A stretch of 64,000 bases of DNA, taken from Bacteroidales bacterium. GTDB taxonomy: Bacteria > Bacteroidota > Bacteroidia > Bacteroidales > UBA7960. Position numbers and translations under genes: made by a program. A model generated the notes under the pieces. It saw nothing but the letters and a program-made list of their open reading frames with translations, searched no databases and was not told the DNA's origin. Shown piece after piece: positions 7,701 to 17,002 of this stretch. Within the stretch, counting starts at the first letter, position 1; each line of letters begins with the position of its first letter. Where the stretch lies: contig JAHYJD010000003.1 in the NCBI GenBank assembly GCA_019429365.1, positions 30,689-94,688 on the forward strand. Direction: 5' to 3'.

Positions 7701-9485
7701 ATGAAAAGCTATTTTCAGAAAAACAAGTGGAGGTTCCACTTGTTTTTATTGTTGTTTCTGTTACCTGGGATTTTTCAAACCTTGAATGCTTGTGAGGCGT
7801 GCAACCGTTTGTTTCTTGCCCAGTTAAAGAACCAGCGGGCTGGTTCGCTGGTTTCGCAGGAGCTGCTTGCCACTATTTCGGCCCAGGAGCACATTGGTCG
7901 TAACAATCAGGCTTCCCTTGAGGCCGGCTGGTCCAACAGCACGCTGATTCCAGCCGATGAATCCGTTGCCTCAATGCAATCGGGCGGCTCCAGTGTGCAA
8001 AACGTGCCGGGAGTCGGAACTACTGTTGCTCCTGGTAGTAATGTTGACTTCATTGACATTATCCGTCGCGACAATCGTTTGCCAATTCCTGCCACCAGTT
8101 TTGTGCCCCAAAACACGCCTGCCAACAAAAAAGTGAGAATAACCCTTGAGGAGGGTGATTCTTATATTGGTAATGGGGTTATTTACAAGGGTTTTACCAT
8201 TGATGGCAAGATTCCGGGTCCGACCATTATCGTTGAGGAAGGCGATATTGTTGAATTTAAAATTGTGAATACCGGCGATTTGCCACACGGGGCTTCCATT
8301 CACTCGGTAAACAGCCAGACTTCAAAATACCTTGGCAAGGTGCAGCCCAACGACAGTGCCACGGTGGTTTTTCAGGCCAATATGCCCGGCGTTTACATGT
8401 ATCACTGCGCTCCGGGAGGCCATGCGATCCCCATGCATATTATTTTCGGGCAATATGGTATGATGGTAGTGCGTCCCAAGAAGAAGTTTGAACTGGAAAG
8501 GATCCTTGGGAAAGAGCCCGATATCGAAATCTTTTTGCTTCAGCATGAATACTATGCTTCAGGAAAAGATGCTGTTGAGGGACAAGGTAAGCCGATGTAC
8601 ACTGCATTCAATGGGAAGTTGTTTCGCTATGTGGAAGAACCCATTGTGGGCAAACCCGGCGATTATGTGCGTATCAACTTCCTGAATGCCGGGCCAAACC
8701 TGCTATCCACCTTTCATATTGTTGGCATTATCTGGGATTTTGCCTACTGGCAGGGCCACCCCGACAATAAGTTTACTGGGGGGCAAACAGTAACAGCCGG
8801 GCCTTCCGATTCGTGGGTGGTGGAATTTCGAATACCGCCCGACGAAGGCAGTTACCTGATGCTTTCGCATGCGGTGGGATCTACTGACAGGGGGGCCATT
8901 GGTTTGCTGGTGTGCGACCGCAATGCAGAACCCAATAAGACCGTCCTGGCAGATGGCATCAAATACACCGAAGAAGAAATGGAAGAGTTCAGGCAAAAAG
9001 CCCTGCGCACCATAACCCCGTTTGGCATTGGATCGCCCGATGTGGACGTTCCTGTGGTGTACGGCAATGAGACAAAAGAAGTTATCGTAAGAATTATTGG
9101 AAATTCCTATCATCCGAAAGTGATAAAGGTAACACCCGGCACCACGGTGAAATGGATCAACGAGGATGTGTTTACTTACATGGAGGGTGAGTTCTCTGGT
9201 ATTCACAATGTGATTGTGAAATCTGGGCCCGAGCGCTTTGCCTCCGATATGCTGGCGCATGCCGAAAGCCATTCACAGTTGTTGACTGTCGAGGGTGAAT
9301 ACACTTACATTTGCACCCCACATCCCTACATGGAGGGTAAAATCATTGTAACCAAGGATACAGCCTCGCCGGGTGTTCAGTATGCTGGCACCGGCTCTGC
9401 CCCAACCAGCAAAATGGTGTGGTTTGTGCTGATACTTGCTGCTACTGCCCTTATGATCGCCTTGATCAGCCTGATCAACAAATAG
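7701..9485 (+). CDS. NirK-like (copper nitrite reductase family) two-domain multicopper protein fused to a C-terminal cupredoxin and TM anchor
   Basis: PHGASIH (H196/H201), YMYHCAPGGHAIPMH (H235, C236, H246), STFHIVG and MLSHAVG align with NirK T1/T2 copper motifs. The C-terminal domain has a plastocyanin-type site (GIHNV...YICTPHPYMEG). N-terminal signal or lipoprotein-like peptide ...LNAC. C-terminal TM MVWFVLILAATALMIALISLI. Confidence 0.7.
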   Translation: MKSYFQKNKWRFHLFLLLFLLPGIFQTLNACEACNRLFLAQLKNQRAGSLVSQELLATISAQEHIGRNNQASLEAGWSNSTLIPADESVASMQSGGSSVQNVPGVGTTVAPGSNVDFIDIIRRDNRLPIPATSFVPQNTPANKKVRITLEEGDSYIGNGVIYKGFTIDGKIPGPTIIVEEGDIVEFKIVNTGDLPHGASIHSVNSQTSKYLGKVQPNDSATVVFQANMPGVYMYHCAPGGHAIPMHIIFGQYGMMVVRPKKKFELERILGKEPDIEIFLLQHEYYASGKDAVEGQGKPMYTAFNGKLFRYVEEPIVGKPGDYVRINFLNAGPNLLSTFHIVGIIWDFAYWQGHPDNKFTGGQTVTAGPSDSWVVEFRIPPDEGSYLMLSHAVGSTDRGAIGLLVCDRNAEPNKTVLADGIKYTEEEMEEFRQKALRTITPFGIGSPDVDVPVVYGNETKEVIVRIIGNSYHPKVIKVTPGTTVKWINEDVFTYMEGEFSGIHNVIVKSGPERFASDMLAHAESHSQLLTVEGEYTYICTPHPYMEGKIIVTKDTASPGVQYAGTGSAPTSKMVWFVLILAATALMIALISLINK

Positions 9486-9552
9486 TGCGGGGTTTAATTC
9501 TCTTTCCAGATCGGGTGATCAATCATGGGGTGCAACAGTATGCTCCATTTTT

Positions 9553-10428
9553 CTAGCGCAGAAGTGCATCAAGCATAAACACCAGCATCATGGCCAGGTA
9601 GAAAAGGTTGATTTTCAGGAAGGCTGGCTTTGGGTCGGGATGGTCGCTTTTTCCGTGCCATTTTCTGAAGGAATAAATCAGTGCAAGTGCCAGGGCGAAA
9701 ACGCTGAGTGAGAGTATTTGCGAATGGATGACACCGAAAAGTGCCGGCAGTATGGCTGCCATGGCCGTGGCTGCCACCCAGATCAAAGTCAGGTTGGCAA
9801 TTTGCCGGCTGGTAAACAAGCGGGTAATTGTTGGAAAACCAGCCTTCTCATAATCGTTACCGTATTTCAGCAAAATCAGCCAGAAATGGGGGATTTGGCC
9901 GATGAAAAAGAAGAAGGCCACCAGGATGATATGCGGATGCAATATGGACCCGCCTGCAGCTGTCCATCCAATTATGGGAGGAAGGGCGCCAACCAGTGAG
10001 CCCGGTACCACGGCAAAGGCTGTCTTTTGTTTCAGCCAGGTATAAATCAGGTTGTACCAGAGCAGGGTCAGGATACCCAGAAGAAGAGGAGTTTTTGAAT
10101 CTAGCCTTGCAAGGAGCAGAATGCCAATGGCAATGAGAATGGCCGAAAAAACAATCGCAATGCTTTTTGAAACCCTTCCTGAGGGGATAGGCCTTTGCCT
10201 GGTACGCTCCATCAGGCTGTCGGGTGTTGCCTCCTGAATATGATTCAGTGTTGCCGAACCTGCCGAAAGCAGATACACCCCCAGAATGGCACCCAACCAA
10301 CCTTTTGCAAAAAAGCCCTGACTCAATAAGAAACCGGTCAGGGCAGTTAAGGCTACAGAAAGGGTGATAATGGGTTTGGTCAGCTGAACCATTGCCAGCA
10401 ACCGACCTCTTATTTCCCGTTTACTCAT
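9553..10428 (-). CDS. ctaB: Protoheme IX farnesyltransferase (heme O synthase)
   Basis: UbiA-family polytopic protein, 291 aa. Overlaps the coxII stop by 8 nt and is the last gene of the oxidase cluster. Confidence 0.8.
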   Translation of the reverse strand: MSKREIRGRLLAMVQLTKPIITLSVALTALTGFLLSQGFFAKGWLGAILGVYLLSAGSATLNHIQEATPDSLMERTRQRPIPSGRVSKSIAIVFSAILIAIGILLLARLDSKTPLLLGILTLLWYNLIYTWLKQKTAFAVVPGSLVGALPPIIGWTAAGGSILHPHIILVAFFFFIGQIPHFWLILLKYGNDYEKAGFPTITRLFTSRQIANLTLIWVAATAMAAILPALFGVIHSQILSLSVFALALALIYSFRKWHGKSDHPDPKPAFLKINLFYLAMMLVFMLDALLR

Positions 10429-11362
10429 TCAGCGATTTAAGGAACTCTACTATTAACTCAATTTGCTGCTCGCTTATTTCACCCTCATATGAAAACATTT
10501 GCCCGGGCCGATAGCCCTGGTGAATGTCATAGTCAGGTTCATAAATCGAGCGACGGACATAATCATAATCAAAGAGCACTTCACGCTGCTGCCCTTGTGT
10601 TATTACCGGCACATTGCTGCCCCATGCTCCTTTAAAGGTAGGTCCGATAATGGTGGAACCATCAAGGGAGTGACAGGCCAGGCAACCCTTGCTTTCCACA
10701 ATTTGGCGGCCGAGCAAGGCCAGGTCGGCGCCTTCTTCCACGGGCAGAGCCACTCCGGTGGTATCAGCATACCAGGTCCAGAATTCCTCCGGTTCCATTA
10801 CGACTACCTCGGTATGCATGTAACTGTGTTGCAAGCCGCAGTATTCGGTGCAGAACAACGAGTAACTTCCCAGCTTGGTGGCCTCGAACCACAATCGGTT
10901 GTTGGCTAGTCCGGGCACCATGTCTTCCTTCACCCTGAAGGCAGGAATATATAGCGAGTGTATCACATCTACGGCATTCAGGGTCAGGATAACGGCCGTG
11001 TCTTTGGGCACGTAAAGCTTGTCGGTAACCCTGCCGTTGTCGTAGCGAAAGGAGAAACTCCACATGCGGGCATTGGCGGTTATCTCAACCCCTTCAGAGG
11101 GGATTCTCTTCATAGGTTTCCAGCCCACATATCCGTAATAAAACATACCCATTACCAGGGCCAGCGGAATCACAGTCCAGATGATCTCCAGTTTGGTGCT
11201 GCCCGCATTCTGAACCGCTTTGGGATGTTTTTTCTTGTTGTAACGATAAAGAAAAAGGATCATCACCAGGGTTATCCCGATCAGGAAGAAAAAGGAAATT
11301 CCCAGGATGAATATAAAGGCATTGTCTACGCCTTCTACAAATGTTGAAGCTCCAGAGTTCAT
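10421..11362 (-). CDS. ctaC: Cytochrome c oxidase subunit II with fused C-terminal cytochrome c domain (caa3-type)
   Basis: CuA site CTEYCGLQHSYMH and a C-terminal heme c motif CLACHS. Confidence 0.9.
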   Translation of the reverse strand: MNSGASTFVEGVDNAFIFILGISFFFLIGITLVMILFLYRYNKKKHPKAVQNAGSTKLEIIWTVIPLALVMGMFYYGYVGWKPMKRIPSEGVEITANARMWSFSFRYDNGRVTDKLYVPKDTAVILTLNAVDVIHSLYIPAFRVKEDMVPGLANNRLWFEATKLGSYSLFCTEYCGLQHSYMHTEVVVMEPEEFWTWYADTTGVALPVEEGADLALLGRQIVESKGCLACHSLDGSTIIGPTFKGAWGSNVPVITQGQQREVLFDYDYVRRSIYEPDYDIHQGYRPGQMFSYEGEISEQQIELIVEFLKSLNE

Positions 11363-11371
11363 AAGGCAATA

Positions 11372-11656
11372 TTATCTGTATGAATAATCGAAAAAGGTAA
11401 CAAGCAGAACCAGCAGAAATACAACCACTACGGCCGAAACCATAAAGGCAAAGAAACGGCTCTCGAACTTGAGGTGCATAAACCAGGCCAGCACAATGGC
11501 GGCTTTAATGCCTGCAATGATCATGGCGGCCAGGGTGTTCATCGGGCCCATTTCCAGTTGGGTTATGGCCACGCTAATGCCTGTTAGTACCAGCAGGGCC
11601 AGTAAAACAAAAGCATGGGTGCGGTAGCTTACTATGTGATGTTTTTCTTCGCTCAT
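11372..11656 (-). CDS. Cytochrome c oxidase subunit IV (small prokaryotic type)
   Basis: 94 aa with three hydrophobic helices, positioned between subunits III and II. Confidence 0.65.
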   Translation of the reverse strand: MSEEKHHIVSYRTHAFVLLALLVLTGISVAITQLEMGPMNTLAAMIIAGIKAAIVLAWFMHLKFESRFFAFMVSAVVVVFLLVLLVTFFDYSYR

Positions 11657-11668
11657 AACAACTCCTTT

Positions 11669-12265
11669 TTAATGGATCAGATAAAACAGGGGGAACAGGA
11701 ATATCCAGATCAGGTCGACCAGGTGCCAGTATAAGCCGGTGTTCTCTAGCCAGACGTAGTCGGTCTGATGTATCTTGTCTTTTCTGATCTGCCAAAACAC
11801 ATAAATGAACAGGGCAATGCCGATGATTATGTGCAGGGCGTGAATGCCTGTCATGATAAAATACAGCCCGAAGAAAAGGATGGTACCAGGACCCAGCTCC
11901 AGCAGCTCAGGGGCTCCGGGGTTGAAACCATACTCAAACTTGGCACCCCATTCAAAATACTTGTTGACAAGAAAAACCACTGCAATTATAAGGGTAATGG
12001 TTAGCAGGGTTAAGGCCAGTTTTTTATTTCCCTTTTGCATGGCCGAGATCGACATGGCCACGGTCATACTGCTAATAAGCAATATTATGGTGTTGATGGT
12101 CCCCATCACCACATCCAGTTCATCTCCGCCAAGTTTGAAGGCTTCGGGGTGCATGGAGCGGTAAACGGCATAAACCACAAAGAGCATCCCAAAAAGCAGC
12201 AGCTCAGTAAAGATAAAGAGCCACATGCCCATTTTGTCTCCCAGGTCATCGCGATGTACGGTCAT
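11669..12265 (-). CDS. ctaE: Cytochrome c oxidase subunit III
   Basis: 198 aa polytopic protein. Typical CoxIII C-terminus ...YWHLVDLIWIFLFPLFYLI. Confidence 0.85.
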   Translation of the reverse strand: MTVHRDDLGDKMGMWLFIFTELLLFGMLFVVYAVYRSMHPEAFKLGGDELDVVMGTINTIILLISSMTVAMSISAMQKGNKKLALTLLTITLIIAVVFLVNKYFEWGAKFEYGFNPGAPELLELGPGTILFFGLYFIMTGIHALHIIIGIALFIYVFWQIRKDKIHQTDYVWLENTGLYWHLVDLIWIFLFPLFYLIH

Positions 12266-12288
12266 AATCTCCTGTATTTTGTTAATGC

Positions 12289-13902
12289 TTAGTCTTCATA
12301 ATCGTAAGGTCCCTTTACGATGGTGGGAATCTCTTCAAAGTTCTCCAGGGTGGGAGGGGTGTCGACCTGCCATTCCAGGGTTTTTCCGCCCCAGGGGTTC
12401 TTATCGGAAGTTTTTTCCCCGTGGCGGGCAGAACGAATCAGGTTGGCAAAAATGATGACAATACCCGAAACCATTACCCAGGCACCCAGCGAAGAAACAA
12501 TGTTACCTCCATGGAAGTCGGGAAGGTAGTCGTAATATCTGCGGGGCATACCCATTATCCCCAGGTAAAACATGGGCAGATACAGGGTATTGAAACCGAT
12601 GAAGAAAATGCCCCAGCCCAGGTTGGCCCAGTTCATGTCGTACATTCGTCCGAACATTTTGGGAAACCAGTAGTGCAGTGCGGCCATGAAGGCATAGCCC
12701 GTTCCGCCAAATACAATAAAGTGGAAGTGGGCCACCACAAAGTGGGTGTCGTGCACATGCACATTGGTGGCCAGCGAGCCCAGCACCAAACCGGTAAGGC
12801 CGCCGATCATAAACACAAAAATGAAAGATACAGCCCAGTAAAAAGGCGTTTGCATATGCAGCGAACCTCTGTGCATGGTGCTCACCCAGTTGAATACCTT
12901 AATGGCCGATGGGATAGCTACCAGGAAGGTGAGGAAAGAAAAGGCGTATAGCGCTCTGCCGCTCATCCCTGATGTGAACATATGGTGACCCCACACAAAA
13001 TACCCCACGAAAGCAATAGCCATGGTAGAAAGTACAATGGCCTTGTATCCGAAAATAGTCTTGCGCGAAAATACGGGAATAATCTCGCTAATGGCACCCA
13101 TACCCGGCAGGATCATGATATAAACGGCTGGGTGGGAATAAATCCAGAAAAGGTGCTGGTACAGAATGGGGTCGCCACCCAGGGCGGGATCAAAGATTCC
13201 GATTCCCATTAGGCGTTCAGCAATAATAAGCAGCAGGGTGATGCCAATTACGGGCGTGGCCAGGATTTGAATCCATGCCGTGCCATAAAGAGTCCACGGA
13301 AAGAGCGGCATCTTGAACCAGGTCATGCCTGGTGCACGCATCCGGTGAATGGTTACCACAAAGTTTATCCCCGTAAGGATGGACGAGAAGCCCATGACAA
13401 AAGCGCCGAAAACCGCTGGCAAAACGTTGGTTGGGGTGCGGAAACTGTAAGGGGCGTAAAAAGTCCAGCCGGTATCGGGGGGGCCATCACCCATAAACTG
13501 GGAAGTTAGCACAATCAGGATGCCGATGATATAAAACCACCACGAAAGCAGGTTAAGCTTTGGGAATGCCACATCCTTGGCCCCAATCATAATGGGCAGG
13601 AAAAAGTTGCCAAAAACAGCAGGAAGTCCCGGCACTACAATAATGAATATCATAATAATGCCGTGCAAAGTAAACAGGCTGTTGTAGGTTTGTGGCCCCA
13701 TGATGGTGTAACCGGGAGCAATGAGCTGGGTTTTCATTAATAAACCCAGGATAGCAGCCACCGAAAAGAAAAGCAGCATGGTGTAAAGATACAGCAAGCC
13801 GATCCGCTTGTGGTCGGTGGAAAATATCCATGCAAAAAGACCTTTATATTGCCCCTTATATTCAAGGTAACTGACGTTGTGGGCGTTGTTTGCTTCTGAC
13901 AT
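12289..13902 (-). CDS. ctaD: Cytochrome c oxidase subunit I (heme-copper oxidase)
   Basis: 537 aa with hallmark motifs GHHMFTSG, WFFGHPEVY-like LFWIYSHPAVYI, and HDTHFVVAHFH. Confidence 0.95.
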   Translation of the reverse strand: MSEANNAHNVSYLEYKGQYKGLFAWIFSTDHKRIGLLYLYTMLLFFSVAAILGLLMKTQLIAPGYTIMGPQTYNSLFTLHGIIMIFIIVVPGLPAVFGNFFLPIMIGAKDVAFPKLNLLSWWFYIIGILIVLTSQFMGDGPPDTGWTFYAPYSFRTPTNVLPAVFGAFVMGFSSILTGINFVVTIHRMRAPGMTWFKMPLFPWTLYGTAWIQILATPVIGITLLLIIAERLMGIGIFDPALGGDPILYQHLFWIYSHPAVYIMILPGMGAISEIIPVFSRKTIFGYKAIVLSTMAIAFVGYFVWGHHMFTSGMSGRALYAFSFLTFLVAIPSAIKVFNWVSTMHRGSLHMQTPFYWAVSFIFVFMIGGLTGLVLGSLATNVHVHDTHFVVAHFHFIVFGGTGYAFMAALHYWFPKMFGRMYDMNWANLGWGIFFIGFNTLYLPMFYLGIMGMPRRYYDYLPDFHGGNIVSSLGAWVMVSGIVIIFANLIRSARHGEKTSDKNPWGGKTLEWQVDTPPTLENFEEIPTIVKGPYDYED

Positions 13903-13920
13903 GTTGTTGCGGAATAATGG

Positions 13921-14703
13921 TTAATTCGTACGTTTTTTAGGCTTAAGAACTAAGAACAGTAAAATGACCAAGGCAAAGAACAGAATCAAAGTGCCGGAAA
14001 CCTTGGTAATGTTCAGCACATATTGTTGTCCTGCCGGGTCAAAGGTATAGCAATAAGAGAGCACTCTGCTAAGCGAAGGGCCCGATTTGCCCTCGGCGGT
14101 TTCAATCACGGCCATCTTAATGTCGATAGGCAAAAAGTAGGTGCCATGCAGGTAGCGGGTTATTTTGCCGTCGTGGGTAATAAAGATCATGGCCGAAGTG
14201 TGAAGAAAGTCAAACCCGGTGCGCTTGTATTTAAAGCCCACTGCCTCGGTAACTCTTTTAATGTTGGCGCTGTCGGCCACGAAAAATTGCCAGCCGTTGG
14301 GGTCGATTTCTTTGTTGATAAGATGATGATAATTGTTGCGGTTGGTGCGGGCCAGTTCGGGGCCTTCGCGCGGGTCGAAACTGATGGAAAGAATCTGGTA
14401 TTCTTTTCCAATGGTCATGTCGCTGCGCGACACCACTTCGGCCATCGACTCCATAAACGGGCTGCAAATGCCCGGGCAACGGTAATATACCAGTGCGATC
14501 ACTGTGGGCTTGTCAACCAGCTGCTCCAGCGTCACGCGCTGGCCAATCTCGTTAATCAGTTCGATGTCGAGGGGCACTTGCTGATCGAGCCGCTCGAAAA
14601 TGCCAATCTCTGGTTCGTTGGGCTGGTAGGTCCTGTCAAGGTCCTGGGCCACAATAGCCAGCGGTGCTGCAAAACACAAAAGAATCAATAGGGCTCGTTT
14701 CAT
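13921..14703 (-). CDS. SCO1/SenC-family copper chaperone (thioredoxin fold)
   Basis: ATG 14703 gives MKRALLILLCFAAPLAIVAQ. CxxxC motif CPGICSP and a C-terminal TM anchor. The longer ORF-track start (14829) overlaps actF. Confidence 0.8.
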   Translation of the reverse strand: MKRALLILLCFAAPLAIVAQDLDRTYQPNEPEIGIFERLDQQVPLDIELINEIGQRVTLEQLVDKPTVIALVYYRCPGICSPFMESMAEVVSRSDMTIGKEYQILSISFDPREGPELARTNRNNYHHLINKEIDPNGWQFFVADSANIKRVTEAVGFKYKRTGFDFLHTSAMIFITHDGKITRYLHGTYFLPIDIKMAVIETAEGKSGPSLSRVLSYCYTFDPAGQQYVLNITKVSGTLILFFALVILLFLVLKPKKRTN

Positions 14704-14714
14704 TGTACTTTTTT

Positions 14715-15875
14715 TTATAAATGATGATGAATACTTTCTTGGAGCATGGGGTGGTTTACCGGCACTACCCTTATCCGCGAAAGCGCAGTGAAAACCATTA
14801 AAAGGTACAAGCCGGCATAGCCTATCCAAATGCCAATTTCAATAAATCCCAATTTCAAAACGCCATAGCTGCCCGGCATAATCTGCAAAAACAGGCTGAC
14901 CCAAAGTCCTACCATGAGCAGGGCGCTGATGCCGATCATCACGGGCTTTTTCTTACCGGTATTGTCGGCCATTACCACAATAAAAGGTATGGCAAAATTA
15001 ATAAGCGGCTCGGCATAGAAAAAGAATTGCCACTCACCCAGGAATCGGGGCGAATAATACACGGTTAGTTCGGGAATGTTGGCATACCAGAGGATCAGGA
15101 ATTGCATGAACCAAAGATAGCCAAAAACAATGCTGAAGCGGAAAAGATACCGCGCCAGGTCGTGGCGGTGGGCTTCGTTAAGCTCTTTCAAAAACCCCAG
15201 GTTTTTCAAATAAAACACCAATAGAATGATTATGGCTGTGCCGTAATACATGCTGGTAATCATAGCCCTGAAACCAAAAATGGTGCTGTACCAATGGGCA
15301 TCTATTGTCATGATCCAGTCGATGGCGGCCAGCGAGAAAATTAGCACGGCGGCAAAAATGAAAACTTTGGAATAAAAAGCACTTTTGATGTACCATTGCT
15401 CGCCGCCTTCCAAATCTTCTTTTTTGGCCATTTTGCGCATCATGATAAAAAGGGGTATCCAAAGGGCAAAATAAATGACCATTCGAATCATGAAAAATGG
15501 CACGTTAAGGAAAGGTGCCTTGTGGGCTATAAGTTTATCGGTTTCGGTAATGCCCGGGTGCGACCATTCGTAAATGTCGTGCAGGCCGAAATACAGCAGT
15601 AACATCAAGATAAAGCCTGCAGGCAGGAAAGCACCTGCCGCCAGTGGAATGCGTTGAAATAGTGCCGACCATGACGAACCAGTAATGTATTGAATGCCAT
15701 AAAACATCAGGGCGCCAATGCTTATGGTAATAAAATACATATTGTTAAGCAGGATGTTGGGCCAGGTCCTGGCGCTGTCGGTGGCAAAACCGGCAATAAG
15801 GGCAACTACACCAATGGCAATCATTGCAGCCAAAATGGCCAGGAGTTTTTTTGAGGGTTTAAAACTTGTATCCAT
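14715..15875 (-). CDS. actF: Alternative Complex III subunit ActF (NrfD-like membrane subunit)
   Basis: Polytopic membrane protein after actE. ATG 15875 (MDTSFKPSKKLL) avoids overlap with actE. Confidence 0.75.
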   Translation of the reverse strand: MDTSFKPSKKLLAILAAMIAIGVVALIAGFATDSARTWPNILLNNMYFITISIGALMFYGIQYITGSSWSALFQRIPLAAGAFLPAGFILMLLLYFGLHDIYEWSHPGITETDKLIAHKAPFLNVPFFMIRMVIYFALWIPLFIMMRKMAKKEDLEGGEQWYIKSAFYSKVFIFAAVLIFSLAAIDWIMTIDAHWYSTIFGFRAMITSMYYGTAIIILLVFYLKNLGFLKELNEAHRHDLARYLFRFSIVFGYLWFMQFLILWYANIPELTVYYSPRFLGEWQFFFYAEPLINFAIPFIVVMADNTGKKKPVMIGISALLMVGLWVSLFLQIMPGSYGVLKLGFIEIGIWIGYAGLYLLMVFTALSRIRVVPVNHPMLQESIHHHL

Positions 15876-15888
15876 AATGGGTTCCGTT

Positions 15889-16500
15889 TTACTTTTCCTG
15901 CAATACTTGTTCAACAAAGGCCACAATCTTCCAGCGATCTTCGGGCCTGATCAGCGAGGCATGTGCTCCCATAACGCCCCAGCCCACCGAGATTACATGG
16001 TAGGTTTCGCCTTCGGGTTTGGCAATAAATTCGGGGGTGATAAGCGAAGCCGGCGGGATAATGTACTTGCCGCTGGTGTGCAGACTGCCTTTTCCGTCGC
16101 CATTTTCACCATGACAATTCTGGCAAAATACCCTGTACAATTCTCTTCCTTCTTCGAGCATTTGCGGGGTCATTTGCAGTGGGTTCTGCAACTTTTGGCC
16201 TGCCAGTTCGCGGCTCTCAAAGTCGTTGCCATAAGGATAGGGCTCCATGCCGCGTGGCACGGTGCCAGCCACCGGTTCGCGCATGGTTTTGCCATCGTCC
16301 ATGGCTTCGTTGGCCGACCAGGTTTTGTATGCCCGGCCGTGCGCCATGTCAGGAAAATACTCGAAGCCCTTGTCCATTCGGGTACGGTCGCAGCCCGCAA
16401 AAACTACAAGGACCATTAATGCCGCCGCCAGGCTAAGGCCTCTTTTCAATACTGTTTTGTAATAGCCACACATAATTAAATGGTATAAGTTAGGCTTCAT
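15889..16500 (-). CDS. actE: Alternative Complex III monoheme cytochrome c subunit ActE
   Basis: Single CQNCHG heme motif and a lipoprotein-like N-terminus (...VVFAGC). The start is uncertain: TTG 16512, ATG 16500 or ATG 16473. Confidence 0.75.
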   Translation of the reverse strand: MKPNLYHLIMCGYYKTVLKRGLSLAAALMVLVVFAGCDRTRMDKGFEYFPDMAHGRAYKTWSANEAMDDGKTMREPVAGTVPRGMEPYPYGNDFESRELAGQKLQNPLQMTPQMLEEGRELYRVFCQNCHGENGDGKGSLHTSGKYIIPPASLITPEFIAKPEGETYHVISVGWGVMGAHASLIRPEDRWKIVAFVEQVLQEK

Positions 16501-17002
16501 TTTCTTCTTCAATGATTTCTTCCACCCCCGAATCCTGCAACCATTGTATTATCTCTTCCGGGTTAAAGTTGCGGTCGAGCACCAGGTAAAAGCGGTCGTC
16601 GAGGCTGCGCGGATGAACAACTTTTGCGCTTTTTCCAGGGAACATCTTTTCGCTGGTGAGAAACGAAAAAGTGGTAAATGCCCCTGTAATAAGAATGCAG
16701 ACCAGGAACAAAATGACCACCATGGGTGGAAAAGCAAAAACCGGCTTTCCGCCATAATGCAAGGGGTAGTCGATTACCGAAACATAATACACAAAAGCAA
16801 AAGTGAGTATTATGGTAATTACCCCTGTGGCCACCGACAGGTAAGGAAGGCGCGATTCTTTGGTGAGTTTTTTGATCAGGTCGTGGTCGGCACTCGGGCC
16901 AAAGATGCCCTTAATGTTGACGCCGTTTTCCTTCAGCTTCTGCGTTGCCTTGAGCAAAACGGACTCGTCGTCAAACACACCTATGATTTGTTTAGTGCTC
17001 AT
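16490..17002 (-). CDS. actD: Alternative Complex III subunit ActD (DUF3341-type)
   Basis: 170 aa with two central TM helices, positioned between actC and actE. Confidence 0.7.
   Translation of the reverse strand: MSTKQIIGVFDDESVLLKATQKLKENGVNIKGIFGPSADHDLIKKLTKESRLPYLSVATGVITIILTFAFVYYVSVIDYPLHYGGKPVFAFPPMVVILFLVCILITGAFTTFSFLTSEKMFPGKSAKVVHPRSLDDRFYLVLDRNFNPEEIIQWLQDSGVEEIIEEENEA

Noticed and set aside
13921-14829. Long versions of the SCO1 (to 14829) and parE (30269..32299) ORFs
   Set aside because: The upstream extensions overlap neighbouring genes or encode non-homologous Cys-rich junk. Internal ATGs at 14703 and 32113 give canonical N-termini: a signal peptide for SCO1 and [12 protein letters not shown]...RPGMYIG for parE.
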